DNA of 51,169 nt, from the IMG/VR virus record IMGVR_UViG_2526164628_000012, one strand, 5' to 3'. A program made the position numbers and the translations under genes. Positions 1-9,216 of this stretch are shown piece after piece; positions within the stretch are counted from its first letter, which is position 1, and the number at the start of each line of letters is the position of its first letter. This stretch comes from a virus. Taxonomy: Duplodnaviria > Heunggongvirae > Uroviricota > Caudoviricetes. The notes under the pieces were generated by a model that was given only the letters and a program-made list of their open reading frames with translations, was not told the origin of the DNA and did not search any database.

Positions 1-1131
1 TCAAATGACCAGTTTTTTCCATTCCTTACCGCGTGCGTCGTTGTAAATATCGGTCATTTTTTGATTCGAATGGCCTAGCAAAATTTTGGTATCAACCCCC
101 TGCTCTCTGAACAATCGCTCTGATAAAGATCTCTGCTCATGGAAAGAGGGTGGGGTGCCATTAGCACGCCAGTTGTAATCCACAGAATCCCGGGCTTTTT
201 TAAATGCAACGGTTAATGTTGCTGGCTTAACCATCCCGCCGCGCTTAGCTGTCCCTTTCGCGTGATGGTGGTGCAATAGCCACGGACTAAGAACGCAATC
301 GCGGCAGGATGACACTACATCATCCAGGGTGAGATTTAATTTATCGCAACGCAGAGCCAGAGGGATGGCAATCCGGGTTCCTGTTTTTTGCTGTTCGACA
401 TGAAGATAACCATCCCGGATATCCGAAAATTGCATTTTGCAAATATCTGAAAGGCGCTGGCCTGTCATCAGTGCCAGCAGCATACCGCGCTGTAAAAAGT
501 AACCATCCTTTTCCGCTGCGTTATAAATCATCATCCACTCATCAAAAGTCAGTCGCTGTCTTGATATCCGCACCTGCGGTTTTTTTGCCGATTCTGCAGG
601 GTTAAAGCCTGGCGGGACATCGCCCGTTTGCTGAGCTTCCCGGAAAACATCGATCAGTACCTTCCTGAAAATTTGTCCCATTCTGTTATGTCCTCTGGCC
701 TTGTACTCTTCCAGTACTGATACCACATCTTTTACGGTTATGGCATCTAACGGTCTGGTGCCAAAACGTTCATCAAATACCCTGAGAGGGGCCGCTTTCT
801 GTTTCAGCGTGTTGAGTTTGATCTCGCCGTTTTCATATCTTTCCTGTTGAATTTTTCTGTAATTATTCAGAAAAATGGTAACGGTTGATGAACCGCCGGT
901 ATCACTAATAATTTTCTCCTGCAGACTGAGCATTTGTTCCATTTGCTGCCGGGCAAGACGGCTGTTCGCTTCTGCTGCAATAGTTTCTGCCAGTTTCTGG
1001 TCAATACTGCCGAGACCGTGATTTTTGCCTGTTATGGGATGCCTGTAACGCCAGTAAACTTTGTTATTTCTTTTGTCAAAATACGGAGATAATCCCGGAA
1101 CATTGGTTTTATATTTTCGCGGGCGCGCCAT
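1..1131 (-). CDS. int: Phage integrase (tyrosine recombinase), 376 aa
   Basis: Full ORF with stop at 1-3; lambdoid-integrase-like N-terminus (MARPRKYKT...); sits at prophage end with xis overlapping its 5' end. Confidence 0.85.
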   Translation of the reverse strand: MARPRKYKTNVPGLSPYFDKRNNKVYWRYRHPITGKNHGLGSIDQKLAETIAAEANSRLARQQMEQMLSLQEKIISDTGGSSTVTIFLNNYRKIQQERYENGEIKLNTLKQKAAPLRVFDERFGTRPLDAITVKDVVSVLEEYKARGHNRMGQIFRKVLIDVFREAQQTGDVPPGFNPAESAKKPQVRISRQRLTFDEWMMIYNAAEKDGYFLQRGMLLALMTGQRLSDICKMQFSDIRDGYLHVEQQKTGTRIAIPLALRCDKLNLTLDDVVSSCRDCVLSPWLLHHHHAKGTAKRGGMVKPATLTVAFKKARDSVDYNWRANGTPPSFHEQRSLSERLFREQGVDTKILLGHSNQKMTDIYNDARGKEWKKLVI

Positions 1132-1357
1132 CTTCCAGTATCCTCTTCAAAGCAGGGTGATCTGTGGCGATCACCTCCGGCTTGTTTACCATTCCGACAA
1201 AGCGAGCTTGCGGATCCACTCGCCAGCGTCTTCCAACTTTTTTGGGGAGAGGAAATATCATTCCGGCTTTAGCGTATTTACTTAACGTACTCGGAGTTGG
1301 GACCGGTTCACTGAATTCCTCTTTTGCCCACTCAGTGAGCAGAATAAGTCTTGCCAT
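1109..1357 (-). CDS. xis: Excisionase-like protein, 82 aa
   Basis: Small basic ORF immediately upstream of and overlapping int start; position and size typical of Xis. Confidence 0.6.
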   Translation of the reverse strand: MARLILLTEWAKEEFSEPVPTPSTLSKYAKAGMIFPLPKKVGRRWRVDPQARFVGMVNKPEVIATDHPALKRILEDGAPAKI

Positions 1358-1421
1358 GAGCGTCGTTCGCTAATCATGGTCGCCGCCACTATAGCTGGTG
1401 GGCAACGACCGGGGTTGAACA

Positions 1422-3893
1422 TTAAAAATCAGCCTGATTCGGGATCAGTTTTTGCCAGATAACTGAAACGTATTTTGCCTGGTAACGGGCGTCATCAAGT
1501 GCATTATGGCGCTCACCTTCGAATGGAATAGCCGTTCTGGCATCGAAGTCTATGGCTTTCCCCAGCTCAACGATTGTGCGTACATCGCGATCGTTGTAGT
1601 AACGCCACGGGCAGGGGATCCCCTGCCGTTCGTATGAACGGCGCAAAATCGTGTTGTCGAAGTTGGCTCCATTTCCCCAGACCTGAACAAAAAATTCACC
1701 GGAGTTTTCGTCGATAAATTCCCGCAATTGTAACAGTGCATCATCTAACGGGATTTCATCGGTCATAATGGCAGACTGCGCTTCACGTGATTGCTTCAGC
1801 CACCTTTTAATGACGTCACGATCAATGACTCCGCCAGCAGTTTCCAGATCGATAGTCTTACTAAATTCCGGTCCCATATCTCCGGTTTGCGGATCGAAAA
1901 ATATTGCACCTATTGAGATAATCGGGGCATCAGGATTTTTTCCCATGGTTTCAAGGTCGATCATTAGATGGTCACACGTCCTGCTGGTGGATGTGATAAC
2001 GTGATGACCGTTCATCGCAATTAAGGGATCTGCCGTCTCGCCAGTTTCACTATCGCTGGCGTGATCCTGAGCGCTACCAGCATTCTCCTTGTGTGGATGT
2101 TCAGCGCCTTCGATTTCCTTCGGATCATTTTCCTGAACTTCAACCTGATTCTCTTCATCGAATGTTTCCTGGTATGTTGCGTCACCCATCACCGCGCCAC
2201 AATCAGGGCAGTTGCCGCCACCGCTTTGACCGCAGGCGGTGCAGACTTTTTCCGGTTCCTGTTGCGCTACTGGCTCAGGTTGTTTCGTTTCTGGCTCGTT
2301 TTGTTGCGTATTTGGGCTGTTTTGTTCCGCTTTCTGGTCGTTCTGTTCCGATTCTTGCTGGTTCTGGTTTACAGAATCGCGGGTTTCAATCCCCTTTACC
2401 CATTTCGGATCATTCGGGTCGCTAATCCCTGCAACAAATTCTCCGCGAGAGGCAGCAAGCAACTTATCGGCGTCAGGCTGGCTGATATTGGCTGCCTGCA
2501 TAATTTTGTTTACTTCGTCAGCGGTAACTTTTACCGGCTCTGGTTGTGCGGTCGTGTCAGATGCACCAGTATTTTGTTGTGAACCTGAGTACGTGCCGTT
2601 TTTACGTGCGAAGTATTCCTCTTTTGTGATTTCCGTAGCTCCCAGGGCTAGTGCTTTTTCCAGACCAGAAAGTTTGTTTGCGCGACCGTATTTTTCGCCA
2701 TCCTTGTCGGTGAAGAGGAAGTAGAACGGCCCCTCACGCTCTACAGATGGTTCGACTTCCACTTTGCATTCGGTTTTTTCGTTGCCCGGAATTGCCGTTT
2801 CCACTGCATCAGTTTCTGGTACTGGCGACGAGAGAGTATCAGTTGCGCTCTGATTTCTTCCTTCATCTTCAAACACGCCCTTTGTAGTCAGGTATTCAGT
2901 AATGTATTTGTTCAGTGCCACAGGGTCTTTGTGAATGTCGATCGGACGTTCACGGACAAGGCCAAAAATAGTCTGGCGGTCGTAGCGAAGGGCATCAGGC
3001 TGTTTGCGCATTGATGCCGAGATACGCTTCCAGTCTTCGCGGTCGTTGTCGATAACTTCATTTTTTGCCCAGCGATGGATGCTGCCGTCAATGTTTCCGG
3101 CATCCACATCACCAGGCCAGAGAGCGTAGGCCAGTTCGTCATCCAGTGTTTTCCATGTCTGCTTGTATTCGCGATGAATGGCAGCAATGACCGGGCTGAT
3201 TTTTCCTGTTGAATTTTCACTGTGCTGTTGATTGGTTCTGGCGCGGGCGAGATCAACAACAGACGTGTATTTTCCGGTTTCCTTGCGTTCACCTTCGCGA
3301 CGTTTTTTCCAGATGCGCATCTCTGCCTGAATTTCGGGCCATTTGGCACCAGGCTTACATTTATGCTTAACCCACCCGATGGCATGCAGCTTAAGCTCCG
3401 GATACATGGCGTTAACTTCTGGCATTTTCATCAACGCTTCAACGATATGTCCGTCGAATGTTGCCATGTCTTCCTGCAACAATTCCTGTGCGCTAATAAC
3501 CATATCAACGGTGATGTTTTCACATGTGTCGAACTTAACCATGACAGCGTTCTGTACTTCAGGGGCCAGCTTGTCAAAAGTGACGTTCATCGGATCGGAT
3601 TCAGTCTCAACCGGGACAAAGGAAGCAGACTCCTCATCCCAGCGGTTTTCCTGCATATATTCAGCATCCCAGGAATCGAGGGCAGGGCGGGGTATACCGG
3701 GTTTATCCTCGCAGACAAGAAATTTATAAGCGCAGTCCTGAGCAGCCGGATAATGTTCCAGGAATTGCCAGTGAAATTTTGCGCGGGCGCGACGTTCATC
3801 ACCGGCTTCAATGGCAGTGGCTACAGCGACGGCACCTTCTTCCTTTATTGCCTGTTCGTCCGGAATGGCGGCGCAAATAAAGACTTTACTCAT
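1422..3893 (-). CDS. Exodeoxyribonuclease VIII-like protein, 823 aa, C-terminal DnaQ/DEDDh-type exonuclease domain
   Basis: Long ORF; C-terminal region (MIDLETMG...HNALDDARY) looks like a DEDD 3'-5' exonuclease; central Gln-rich low-complexity stretch and CxxC...CxxC motif; position between xis and dicB as in Qin/Rac-type prophages. Confidence 0.7.
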   Translation of the reverse strand: MSKVFICAAIPDEQAIKEEGAVAVATAIEAGDERRARAKFHWQFLEHYPAAQDCAYKFLVCEDKPGIPRPALDSWDAEYMQENRWDEESASFVPVETESDPMNVTFDKLAPEVQNAVMVKFDTCENITVDMVISAQELLQEDMATFDGHIVEALMKMPEVNAMYPELKLHAIGWVKHKCKPGAKWPEIQAEMRIWKKRREGERKETGKYTSVVDLARARTNQQHSENSTGKISPVIAAIHREYKQTWKTLDDELAYALWPGDVDAGNIDGSIHRWAKNEVIDNDREDWKRISASMRKQPDALRYDRQTIFGLVRERPIDIHKDPVALNKYITEYLTTKGVFEDEGRNQSATDTLSSPVPETDAVETAIPGNEKTECKVEVEPSVEREGPFYFLFTDKDGEKYGRANKLSGLEKALALGATEITKEEYFARKNGTYSGSQQNTGASDTTAQPEPVKVTADEVNKIMQAANISQPDADKLLAASRGEFVAGISDPNDPKWVKGIETRDSVNQNQQESEQNDQKAEQNSPNTQQNEPETKQPEPVAQQEPEKVCTACGQSGGGNCPDCGAVMGDATYQETFDEENQVEVQENDPKEIEGAEHPHKENAGSAQDHASDSETGETADPLIAMNGHHVITSTSRTCDHLMIDLETMGKNPDAPIISIGAIFFDPQTGDMGPEFSKTIDLETAGGVIDRDVIKRWLKQSREAQSAIMTDEIPLDDALLQLREFIDENSGEFFVQVWGNGANFDNTILRRSYERQGIPCPWRYYNDRDVRTIVELGKAIDFDARTAIPFEGERHNALDDARYQAKYVSVIWQKLIPNQADF

Positions 3894-3985
3894 TTTGTTT
3901 TACCTCATTACAGATTTAAGGGTGAACAAATCCCTGCCATTGCTGGCATATAAGAATGAAACCGGATATTTATTACGGAACTGTT

Positions 3986-4177
3986 TTAAAGACCTGCCGG
4001 GATTTCGTTATTATCCTGGTGAATAACTTTATCGACCGGGTAACAGTTACCGGGAATTTTCTGTTCGGTTGCTGCAGTCACACACTCCTGCATTGTCCTG
4101 TGAACACTGACTGCAATATCAACTGGCTCTCCGGAAACAAGAAAAACTGTCAGAACAAGTGCAAATGCTGTATTCAT
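3986..4177 (-). CDS. ydfD: YdfD-like small membrane (lysis) protein, 63 aa
   Basis: ATG overlaps dicB stop (ATGA); N-terminal hydrophobic segment MNTAFALVLTVFLVSG; matches recalled Qin YdfD size and sequence. Confidence 0.55.
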   Translation of the reverse strand: MNTAFALVLTVFLVSGEPVDIAVSVHRTMQECVTAATEQKIPGNCYPVDKVIHQDNNEIPAGL

Positions 4178-4362
4178 TGCCAGCATCCTTTTTGTATCGG
4201 ACGTAAACGGGCCAGCATTGAAAGAATGCATATTTTATTTAATAGCTCCCGTTCGTGTTTTCTCTTGTTAATGGCATCTTCAGTAAATACAGGGTTACTG
4301 ATAGTGACACCAATTTCAAAACAACCTTCAGACGTATTAACGTTTGGTAATAACGTTTCCAT
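4174..4362 (-). CDS. dicB: Cell-division inhibitor DicB, 62 aa
   Basis: Internal Met of the 97-aa track ORF gives METLLPNVNTSEGCFEIGVTISNPVFTEDAINKRK..., near-identical to recalled DicB; immediately downstream of DicF. Confidence 0.85.
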   Translation of the reverse strand: METLLPNVNTSEGCFEIGVTISNPVFTEDAINKRKHERELLNKICILSMLARLRPIQKGCWQ

Positions 4363-4536
4363 TATCGCGTCCTCAACAATGAATTTTGTGATGCGGTGCC
4401 TGGTGCCTCCAGGTGACGTTAACCAGTTAACAATTAACGCCGGATACAGAGAATCCACCCATAACACTGTTTTTGGTTTTAACTGTTCCGCGTGCGCTCA
4501 GCCGCATTCACCACATCACAAAATTCACTTTAAAAA

Positions 4537-4589
4537 GGGCGGCAGAGCAGTCACGGAGTAAAACTGATACCGCCAAACGTCACCAGAAA
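4537..4589 (-). ncRNA. dicF: DicF small regulatory RNA (ftsZ-targeting)
   Basis: Reverse complement reads TTTCTGGTGACGTTTGGCGGTATCAGTTTTACTCCGTGACTGCTCTGCCGCCC followed by a T-run, matching recalled DicF; located directly upstream of dicB. Confidence 0.85.
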
Positions 4590-4921
4590 ATTGATAACAG
4601 AGGGCGTTGCAGCGGGGTTGTCACTTAAGCGTATGGTCAACCTGACAACCCGGTGTCCTCAACGGGGGAAGGAATAACCCCGCCATACTTACCGCCGCAC
4701 CATTTCGCGGATTGCCACAACCGGAAGCGCACGGTCGAACTAAATTTAACGACACCGTACAGAGAGACCAATTTCGCCGTGCGCTTTCGCGTTATGCCCT
4801 GACTTTTCAGGGACATATCCTTTCAGTAAACTGTCAGTGCCGGATGTTCACCCGTGTCCGGCGCACGCACTCCACCTGACCCGTGGAGAACTCCTTAATT
4901 ACCAACCCTCAGGAGGGTGAA

Positions 4922-5200
4922 ATGGATAAAAAGCAAATTGAGGCCCTGCAATCTATTATTGAAAAACAAGATGAAGCTATCAGGATTCTTTCATATCGCA
5001 CTGATATGATACTAAATATGCTTTCTGCATTAACGGCTGCGCTTGGTGGTACAAAAACAAACGTATACCGCGAAGTTGTTATTCAACAGATAGATAAATT
5101 TGAAAAAACCATACCAGGTATTAATGCTCATCTTGCAGAACAAGAGAAAGACCATGCTCTTATGGCAATTTCTTCAGTAGCTCTCCCGAAAGTTGAGTAG
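4922..5200 (+). CDS. Hypothetical protein, 92 aa, AT-rich gene convergent with the dicB operon
   Basis: ATG at 4922 preceded by AGGAGGGTGAA; about 37% GC versus about 55% in flanking DNA; 3' end overlaps the convergent minus-strand ORF by about 40 bp. Confidence 0.45.
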   Translation: MDKKQIEALQSIIEKQDEAIRILSYRTDMILNMLSALTAALGGTKTNVYREVVIQQIDKFEKTIPGINAHLAEQEKDHALMAISSVALPKVE

Positions 5201-5573
5201 TTTTAATTGTTGTTTTGAAATAATCACTGCTTTCACATTTGAGTGATTTCATGGCAATCCAAATGCGGGCCTCTGTGCCTGCATTTGGTTCCAGTTGCTG
5301 TAGACGTTTTGCGTCTTCCAAAAGTAAGGCGATAATGTGTTTCAGCTTCTCATCATTTGCTTGATTCTTGTTTTCAGGCGAATTCTGTCCGCCGAATAGG
5401 CGCTTCTCTTCATACAGACCTATAAAGGCACGACGCACGTTACCGGATATAGTATCGATGGTTTCTTTTTCTACGGTACTCAGGTCAAGAGTCGCCAGTT
5501 GAGAGCGAACCACATTCGATGCCATTTCCTGGAATGGTACTGGTAAATCTTTAAATTCCATCGTCAACCTCAT
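5160..5573 (-). CDS. Hypothetical protein, 133-137 aa
   Basis: Start ATG overlaps ydfA-like stop (TGATG coupling); alternative start 5561 with GAGG RBS; no recognisable motifs. Confidence 0.5.
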   Translation of the reverse strand: MRLTMEFKDLPVPFQEMASNVVRSQLATLDLSTVEKETIDTISGNVRRAFIGLYEEKRLFGGQNSPENKNQANDEKLKHIIALLLEDAKRLQQLEPNAGTEARIWIAMKSLKCESSDYFKTTIKTTQLSGELLKKLP

Positions 5574-5725
5574 CAGTCAGTGTTTCTGGTTAACCAGCGA
5601 CGCGCGCCAGCTTCAGTTTTAAACGTTTTGCTTCTGGTATACGTCATCGCGGTAAACGTGCCGTCCTGGTTGGGGAACACGCCACATACCAGAGATTCGT
5701 TGTTGCCAAGATTGAGCATATCCAT
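5573..5725 (-). CDS. ydfA: YdfA-like small protein, 50 aa
   Basis: Hand translation of minus strand: MDMLNLGNNESLVCGVFPNQDGTFTAMTYTRSKTFKTEAGARRWLTRNTD; GAGG RBS 5 nt upstream; not in supplied ORF track (below 60 aa); resembles recalled Qin YdfA. Confidence 0.5.
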   Translation of the reverse strand: MDMLNLGNNESLVCGVFPNQDGTFTAMTYTRSKTFKTEAGARRWLTRNTD

Positions 5726-5797
5726 GTTGACCTCATTTCCCCTTAACGCCGGGGTAGCGGAACAAAAGTAAGCGGCTCGTCAGAACCGTATTGATAT

Positions 5798-7369
5798 TTA
5801 CTGAGAGCTCAGATCAACTTTCCAGGGCAACAGATCGCGTACCCGGTTTGCCGGCCAGTCCTGGATATGTTCAATGACGTAGCGCAGCCACTTTTCTGGC
5901 TCCACATTGTTCAGACGGCATGTGCCGATCAGCGAGTACAACACCGCCGCATGTTCACCACCGCTGTCGGAACCCGCGAACATCCAGTTTTTCCGGCCTA
6001 CGGCCACTCCCCGTAAGGCGTTCTCTGCGATGTTGTTGTCGATTTCCACCCAGCCATTACTGCAGTACACGTTCAGTGCATCCCACTGTTTCAGCAGGTA
6101 TGCGAACGCTTTTGCCGTATCTGAGTGACGCGACAGTGTTTTCATCTGTTGCTGTATCCAGTCATACAGTGACTGCATCAGTGGCGCGGCTCTGGTTTTT
6201 CTTGCCGCCAGACGCTGTTCTGCTGAACAGCCCCGGACCTCTGCCTCGATGGCATACAGTTCACCGATACGCTGCAGGGCTTCCGTGGTGATGTCGGTGG
6301 GCGCTCTTGCATGCACATCGTGGATTTTTCTCCGGGCATGAGCCATACACGCGGCTTCCGTTATTCTGCCGGATTCGTATAACGCCCGGTAACCACCGTA
6401 AGCATCGGCCTGAAGCACACCGCTGTAACCGGCCAGGTGATTTTGTGGATGGATACCTTTCCGGTCCGGACTGTACGCGAACCAGACCGCCGGGGGCATC
6501 TGTGAACCGGCGTTACGGTCATCACGGACGTAGACCCACAGCCGGGCTGTCCGGGTTTTACCGCTGCCCGGCTCCTGGACCGGGACGGGGATATCATCAG
6601 CATGGACTTTACCGGGCATCAGCACATACTGGCGCAGGACGTCATACAGCGGCTCCAGTAGTTCAGCAACGGCACCTGTCCAGCGCCCCAGTGTGGCACG
6701 GCTCAGCTCCACACCCTGACGGCGGTATATCTCTGACTGGCGGTATAACGGCAGATGGTCTGCATATTTTCCGGTGACGACATGGGCCAGGAGCCCCGCT
6801 CCGGCATAACTGCGTGCAATGGGTTTTGAAGGTACTGGTGCCTGCACGATATGGTCGCACCGACAACAGGCCAGTTTCGGACGTTGTGTTTCGATAACCT
6901 TAAAGGCGCTGCTGATAAGCTCCAGTTGCTCTGACACATCACATCCCAGAGAACTGAGTTCACCACCACAGGCAGGACAGCATTCCTCTTCCGGCCGGAT
7001 AACCCGGGTTTCACGGGGAAGTGAGGCCGGTAACGGTTTACGGGCTGAAGACTGGCGCAGGGCGGATGGCAGTACCGGGTCATATTGCTCACCCAGCGTT
7101 TCCGCCATTTCTTCCTGAAGTGCGCTGATTCGCTCCTGTGCTTCCTGTATCTGCCGTTCGGTTTTTGCACGAAGTTTTTCTGAGCTTTTACCGAACTGCA
7201 TACGTTGCAGTTTCGCAACCAGCGCCTTCAGCCGGTTGATTTCGGAAGCATAAGCCGCCACCCGCTGTGAGAGCAGGCGGTTGTATTCAGCCATCTGGCG
7301 TATGGTGTCCTGTTGCGTCTGCAACAGTGCCCGCAGGCGGGCGTTCTCATGAGCAAGTGAGGTGTCCAT
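5798..7369 (-). CDS. IS66-family transposase (orf3/TnpC), 523 aa
   Basis: Characteristic IS66 transposase length and arrangement; identical protein in second copy. Confidence 0.85.
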   Translation of the reverse strand: MDTSLAHENARLRALLQTQQDTIRQMAEYNRLLSQRVAAYASEINRLKALVAKLQRMQFGKSSEKLRAKTERQIQEAQERISALQEEMAETLGEQYDPVLPSALRQSSARKPLPASLPRETRVIRPEEECCPACGGELSSLGCDVSEQLELISSAFKVIETQRPKLACCRCDHIVQAPVPSKPIARSYAGAGLLAHVVTGKYADHLPLYRQSEIYRRQGVELSRATLGRWTGAVAELLEPLYDVLRQYVLMPGKVHADDIPVPVQEPGSGKTRTARLWVYVRDDRNAGSQMPPAVWFAYSPDRKGIHPQNHLAGYSGVLQADAYGGYRALYESGRITEAACMAHARRKIHDVHARAPTDITTEALQRIGELYAIEAEVRGCSAEQRLAARKTRAAPLMQSLYDWIQQQMKTLSRHSDTAKAFAYLLKQWDALNVYCSNGWVEIDNNIAENALRGVAVGRKNWMFAGSDSGGEHAAVLYSLIGTCRLNNVEPEKWLRYVIEHIQDWPANRVRDLLPWKVDLSSQ

Positions 7370-7388
7370 ATCCTCACTTTACAACGGG

Positions 7389-7736
7389 TTATATGCGGAT
7401 TCCAGCGCGTTCCGTTCGTTTCGGGTGCTTCCAGTTGATACCTTCAAGAAGCATGGATAACTGAGCCGGAGTAAGGTGCACCTTGCCGTCACGGGTGACT
7501 GGCCAGACGAAGCGGCCCCGCTCCAGGCGTTTGGTGAAGAGGCACAGTCCGTCACTGTCAGCCCACAACACTTTTATCTGGTCACCCCGGCGTCCGCGGA
7601 AGATGAACAGGTGTCCGGAGAACGGGTCATCCTTCAGGACGTTCTGAACTTTTGATGCCAGGCCGTTAAAGCCATTTCGCATATCGGTGATACCTGCAAC
7701 CAGCCAGATACGCGAACCTGCAGGGAGAGATATCAT
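7389..7736 (-). CDS. IS66-family Orf2 (TnpB), 115 aa
   Basis: Middle ORF of IS66 three-gene arrangement. Confidence 0.8.
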   Translation of the reverse strand: MISLPAGSRIWLVAGITDMRNGFNGLASKVQNVLKDDPFSGHLFIFRGRRGDQIKVLWADSDGLCLFTKRLERGRFVWPVTRDGKVHLTPAQLSMLLEGINWKHPKRTERAGIRI

Positions 7737-8413
7737 CAGTGGCTGCTCCCTTTTATTTCGCGGATAAGTGTCTGTAATAACGCCGGCGTCAGTTTACCTT
7801 TAAGCCTGAGAGTTCCGGCCGGCAGAACCAGCTCACAACACAGACTGTCGGACGGTGTATTTATCTGCTCTGGTTCCTGTGCGGGGGCCGGGATTTTATT
7901 ATCCGGCTCCGGCGTTAACGTCACGGGAAGCAGTGCCGGCATATTTTTTCCGGAAGGCAGCAGGCCACCTTTCCGGTATTGATGGCGCCAGTTGAAGAGC
8001 AGGTTATCGTTGATTCCGTTTTCCCGGGCGATCTGCGCCACACAGGCTCCGGGCTGCAGTGACTGCTCCACTAAGGCGATTTTAAACTCATAAGGGAAGT
8101 TGGGCCGCCGGGGACGTTTTTTTACCACGGGGGCTTCGGATATAACGGTGCTTTCAGGACGTACGACTGGTACCGTGGAAAATTGTCCGTAAAGGCAGGC
8201 ATCAAGTTCCTGCTCCGACATGCCTGCGGGCAAAGGCCACGAAAGGCCAGCTCTCCGAAAGCGCACGAACATACTACAAACTGTTGATTTTGGTACACCC
8301 AGGCGACGCCCGGCCACAACCCGGGGTAAATGTTCTTCAAAGTGAAGACGTAAAGCTTCAGTGATCCAGGTCCGGTGTTTCATACGATAGTGTCCATTAA
8401 AAATGATGGACAT
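7736..8413 (-). CDS. IS66-family Orf1 (TnpA), 225 aa
   Basis: First ORF of IS66 arrangement; overlaps orf2 start. Confidence 0.8.
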   Translation of the reverse strand: MSIIFNGHYRMKHRTWITEALRLHFEEHLPRVVAGRRLGVPKSTVCSMFVRFRRAGLSWPLPAGMSEQELDACLYGQFSTVPVVRPESTVISEAPVVKKRPRRPNFPYEFKIALVEQSLQPGACVAQIARENGINDNLLFNWRHQYRKGGLLPSGKNMPALLPVTLTPEPDNKIPAPAQEPEQINTPSDSLCCELVLPAGTLRLKGKLTPALLQTLIREIKGSSH

Positions 8414-8618
8414 TATTTTTGTAGAGCCGGAGGAAACAGACCAGACGGTTTAAATGAGCCGGTTACGAACAAAAACCTGCTGCATAGTTATTAAAGTTGA
8501 ACCCTGCCGTCATGTTCTTACGCCTCGGGCTGGCTACTTAACCCCTGACCACTGCCTGGTAACTCGAAGTATTGCCCTGCATTCTGTGGGGCGGGGGGGG
8601 TTGGTATGAAAAGAAGGA

Positions 8619-8655
8619 TACCCATAGGTATTTAAAAAGTAAATACCCATGGGTA
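8619..8655. promoter_or_regulatory. Two palindromic operator-like sites TACCCATAGGTA and TACCCATGGGTA
   Basis: Two 12-bp TACC-N4-GGTA palindromes about 25 bp apart, downstream of the repressor gene and upstream (before IS insertion) of ydfA-DicF-dicB. Confidence 0.4.
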
Positions 8656-8697
8656 AATTTTTGCGGTGTCTTAACTGGTGACTAGTTGTTTGGTGAG

Positions 8698-9116
8698 CTA
8701 TGATGCGTTTTGTGCTTTCTTTTTACGGATTTCTTCGTAGATCATATTGTAATACTGTTTTTTCTCTTCAAGAGTTTTTAATAATTTATCCGCTTCACTT
8801 TCTGGCAGTTCGTCTAAGAGATCTAAAAAAATACGTTGTCGTGGCGTTAGAACCCTTGTTTCATAACTGGAGGCTGTGTTCGTTGATGATGAAACGATAC
8901 CATCCATCCATCCCCGGGGTAACCCAAAGGACTCTTCGATAATCTCCACCATATCATCAGCGATCCGTTTTTTCCCTTTTTCCCCTCTGGGTACAACATT
9001 CTTGATACATAAGAAGGCTCGCGCCCGATCTTTCTGGCCACGTTAACCGCTTTACCATCGCATTTCTCATCACGAATTTTGATGAGTTGCTGTCGTCTAA
9101 ATTCATATTTGTCCAT
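8698..9116 (-). pseudogene. DicA/CI-like HTH repressor, frameshifted
   Basis: Two overlapping ORFs (8847-9116 and 8698-8952) form one repressor-like protein if one base is added to the A6 run in GGGAAAAAAC (plus-strand T6 near 8967-8972); C-terminus resembles DicA. Confidence 0.55.
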
Positions 9117-9136
9117 AGGTAAATAATAGATGCGAT

Positions 9137-9187
9137 TACCGCAAGGTAAACAACCTGTGGGTATTGACTTTTGTTTACCTGTGGGTA
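9137..9187. promoter_or_regulatory. Divergent promoter/operator region with three TACC-N4-GGTA-type sites
   Basis: TACCGCAAGGTA (9137-9148), AACCTGTGGGTA (9152-9163), TACCTGTGGGTA (9176-9187) between divergent repressor and cro-like genes. Confidence 0.45.
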
Positions 9188-9216
9188 TTCTTTGCTGTGT
9201 TTACTAAGGAGTAGCT

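Larger units (their letters stand above)
5768..8466 (-). mobile_element. IS66-family insertion sequence, copy 1, 2699 bp
   Basis: Begins GTAAGCGGCTC, imperfect terminal inverted repeats, three ORFs (tnpA/tnpB/tnpC-like); flanked by 8-bp direct repeat GAACAAAA at 5760-5767 and 8467-8474. Confidence 0.85.

Noticed and set aside
2061-3953. Several plus-strand ORFs (110-243 aa) within 1422-3893
   Set aside because: Antisense or alternative-frame ORFs inside the 823-aa exonuclease gene.
5580-5771. 63-aa plus-strand ORF next to the IS66 left end
   Set aside because: Antisense to the ydfA-like gene, which has an RBS and a recognisable product.
5907-7218. Multiple ORFs (73-171 aa) overlapping the IS66 transposase gene, repeated at 32272-33583
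   Set aside because: They lie in alternative frames or antisense within the 523-aa transposase gene and show no start signals; read-through of GC-rich coding DNA.
8467-8510. Upstream in-frame ATG that would fuse across the IS66 site to extend ydfA-like (MTAGFNFNNYAAGFCS...)
   Set aside because: Only continuous if the IS is removed and has no RBS; the GAGG-preceded MDM start at 5725 is more likely.
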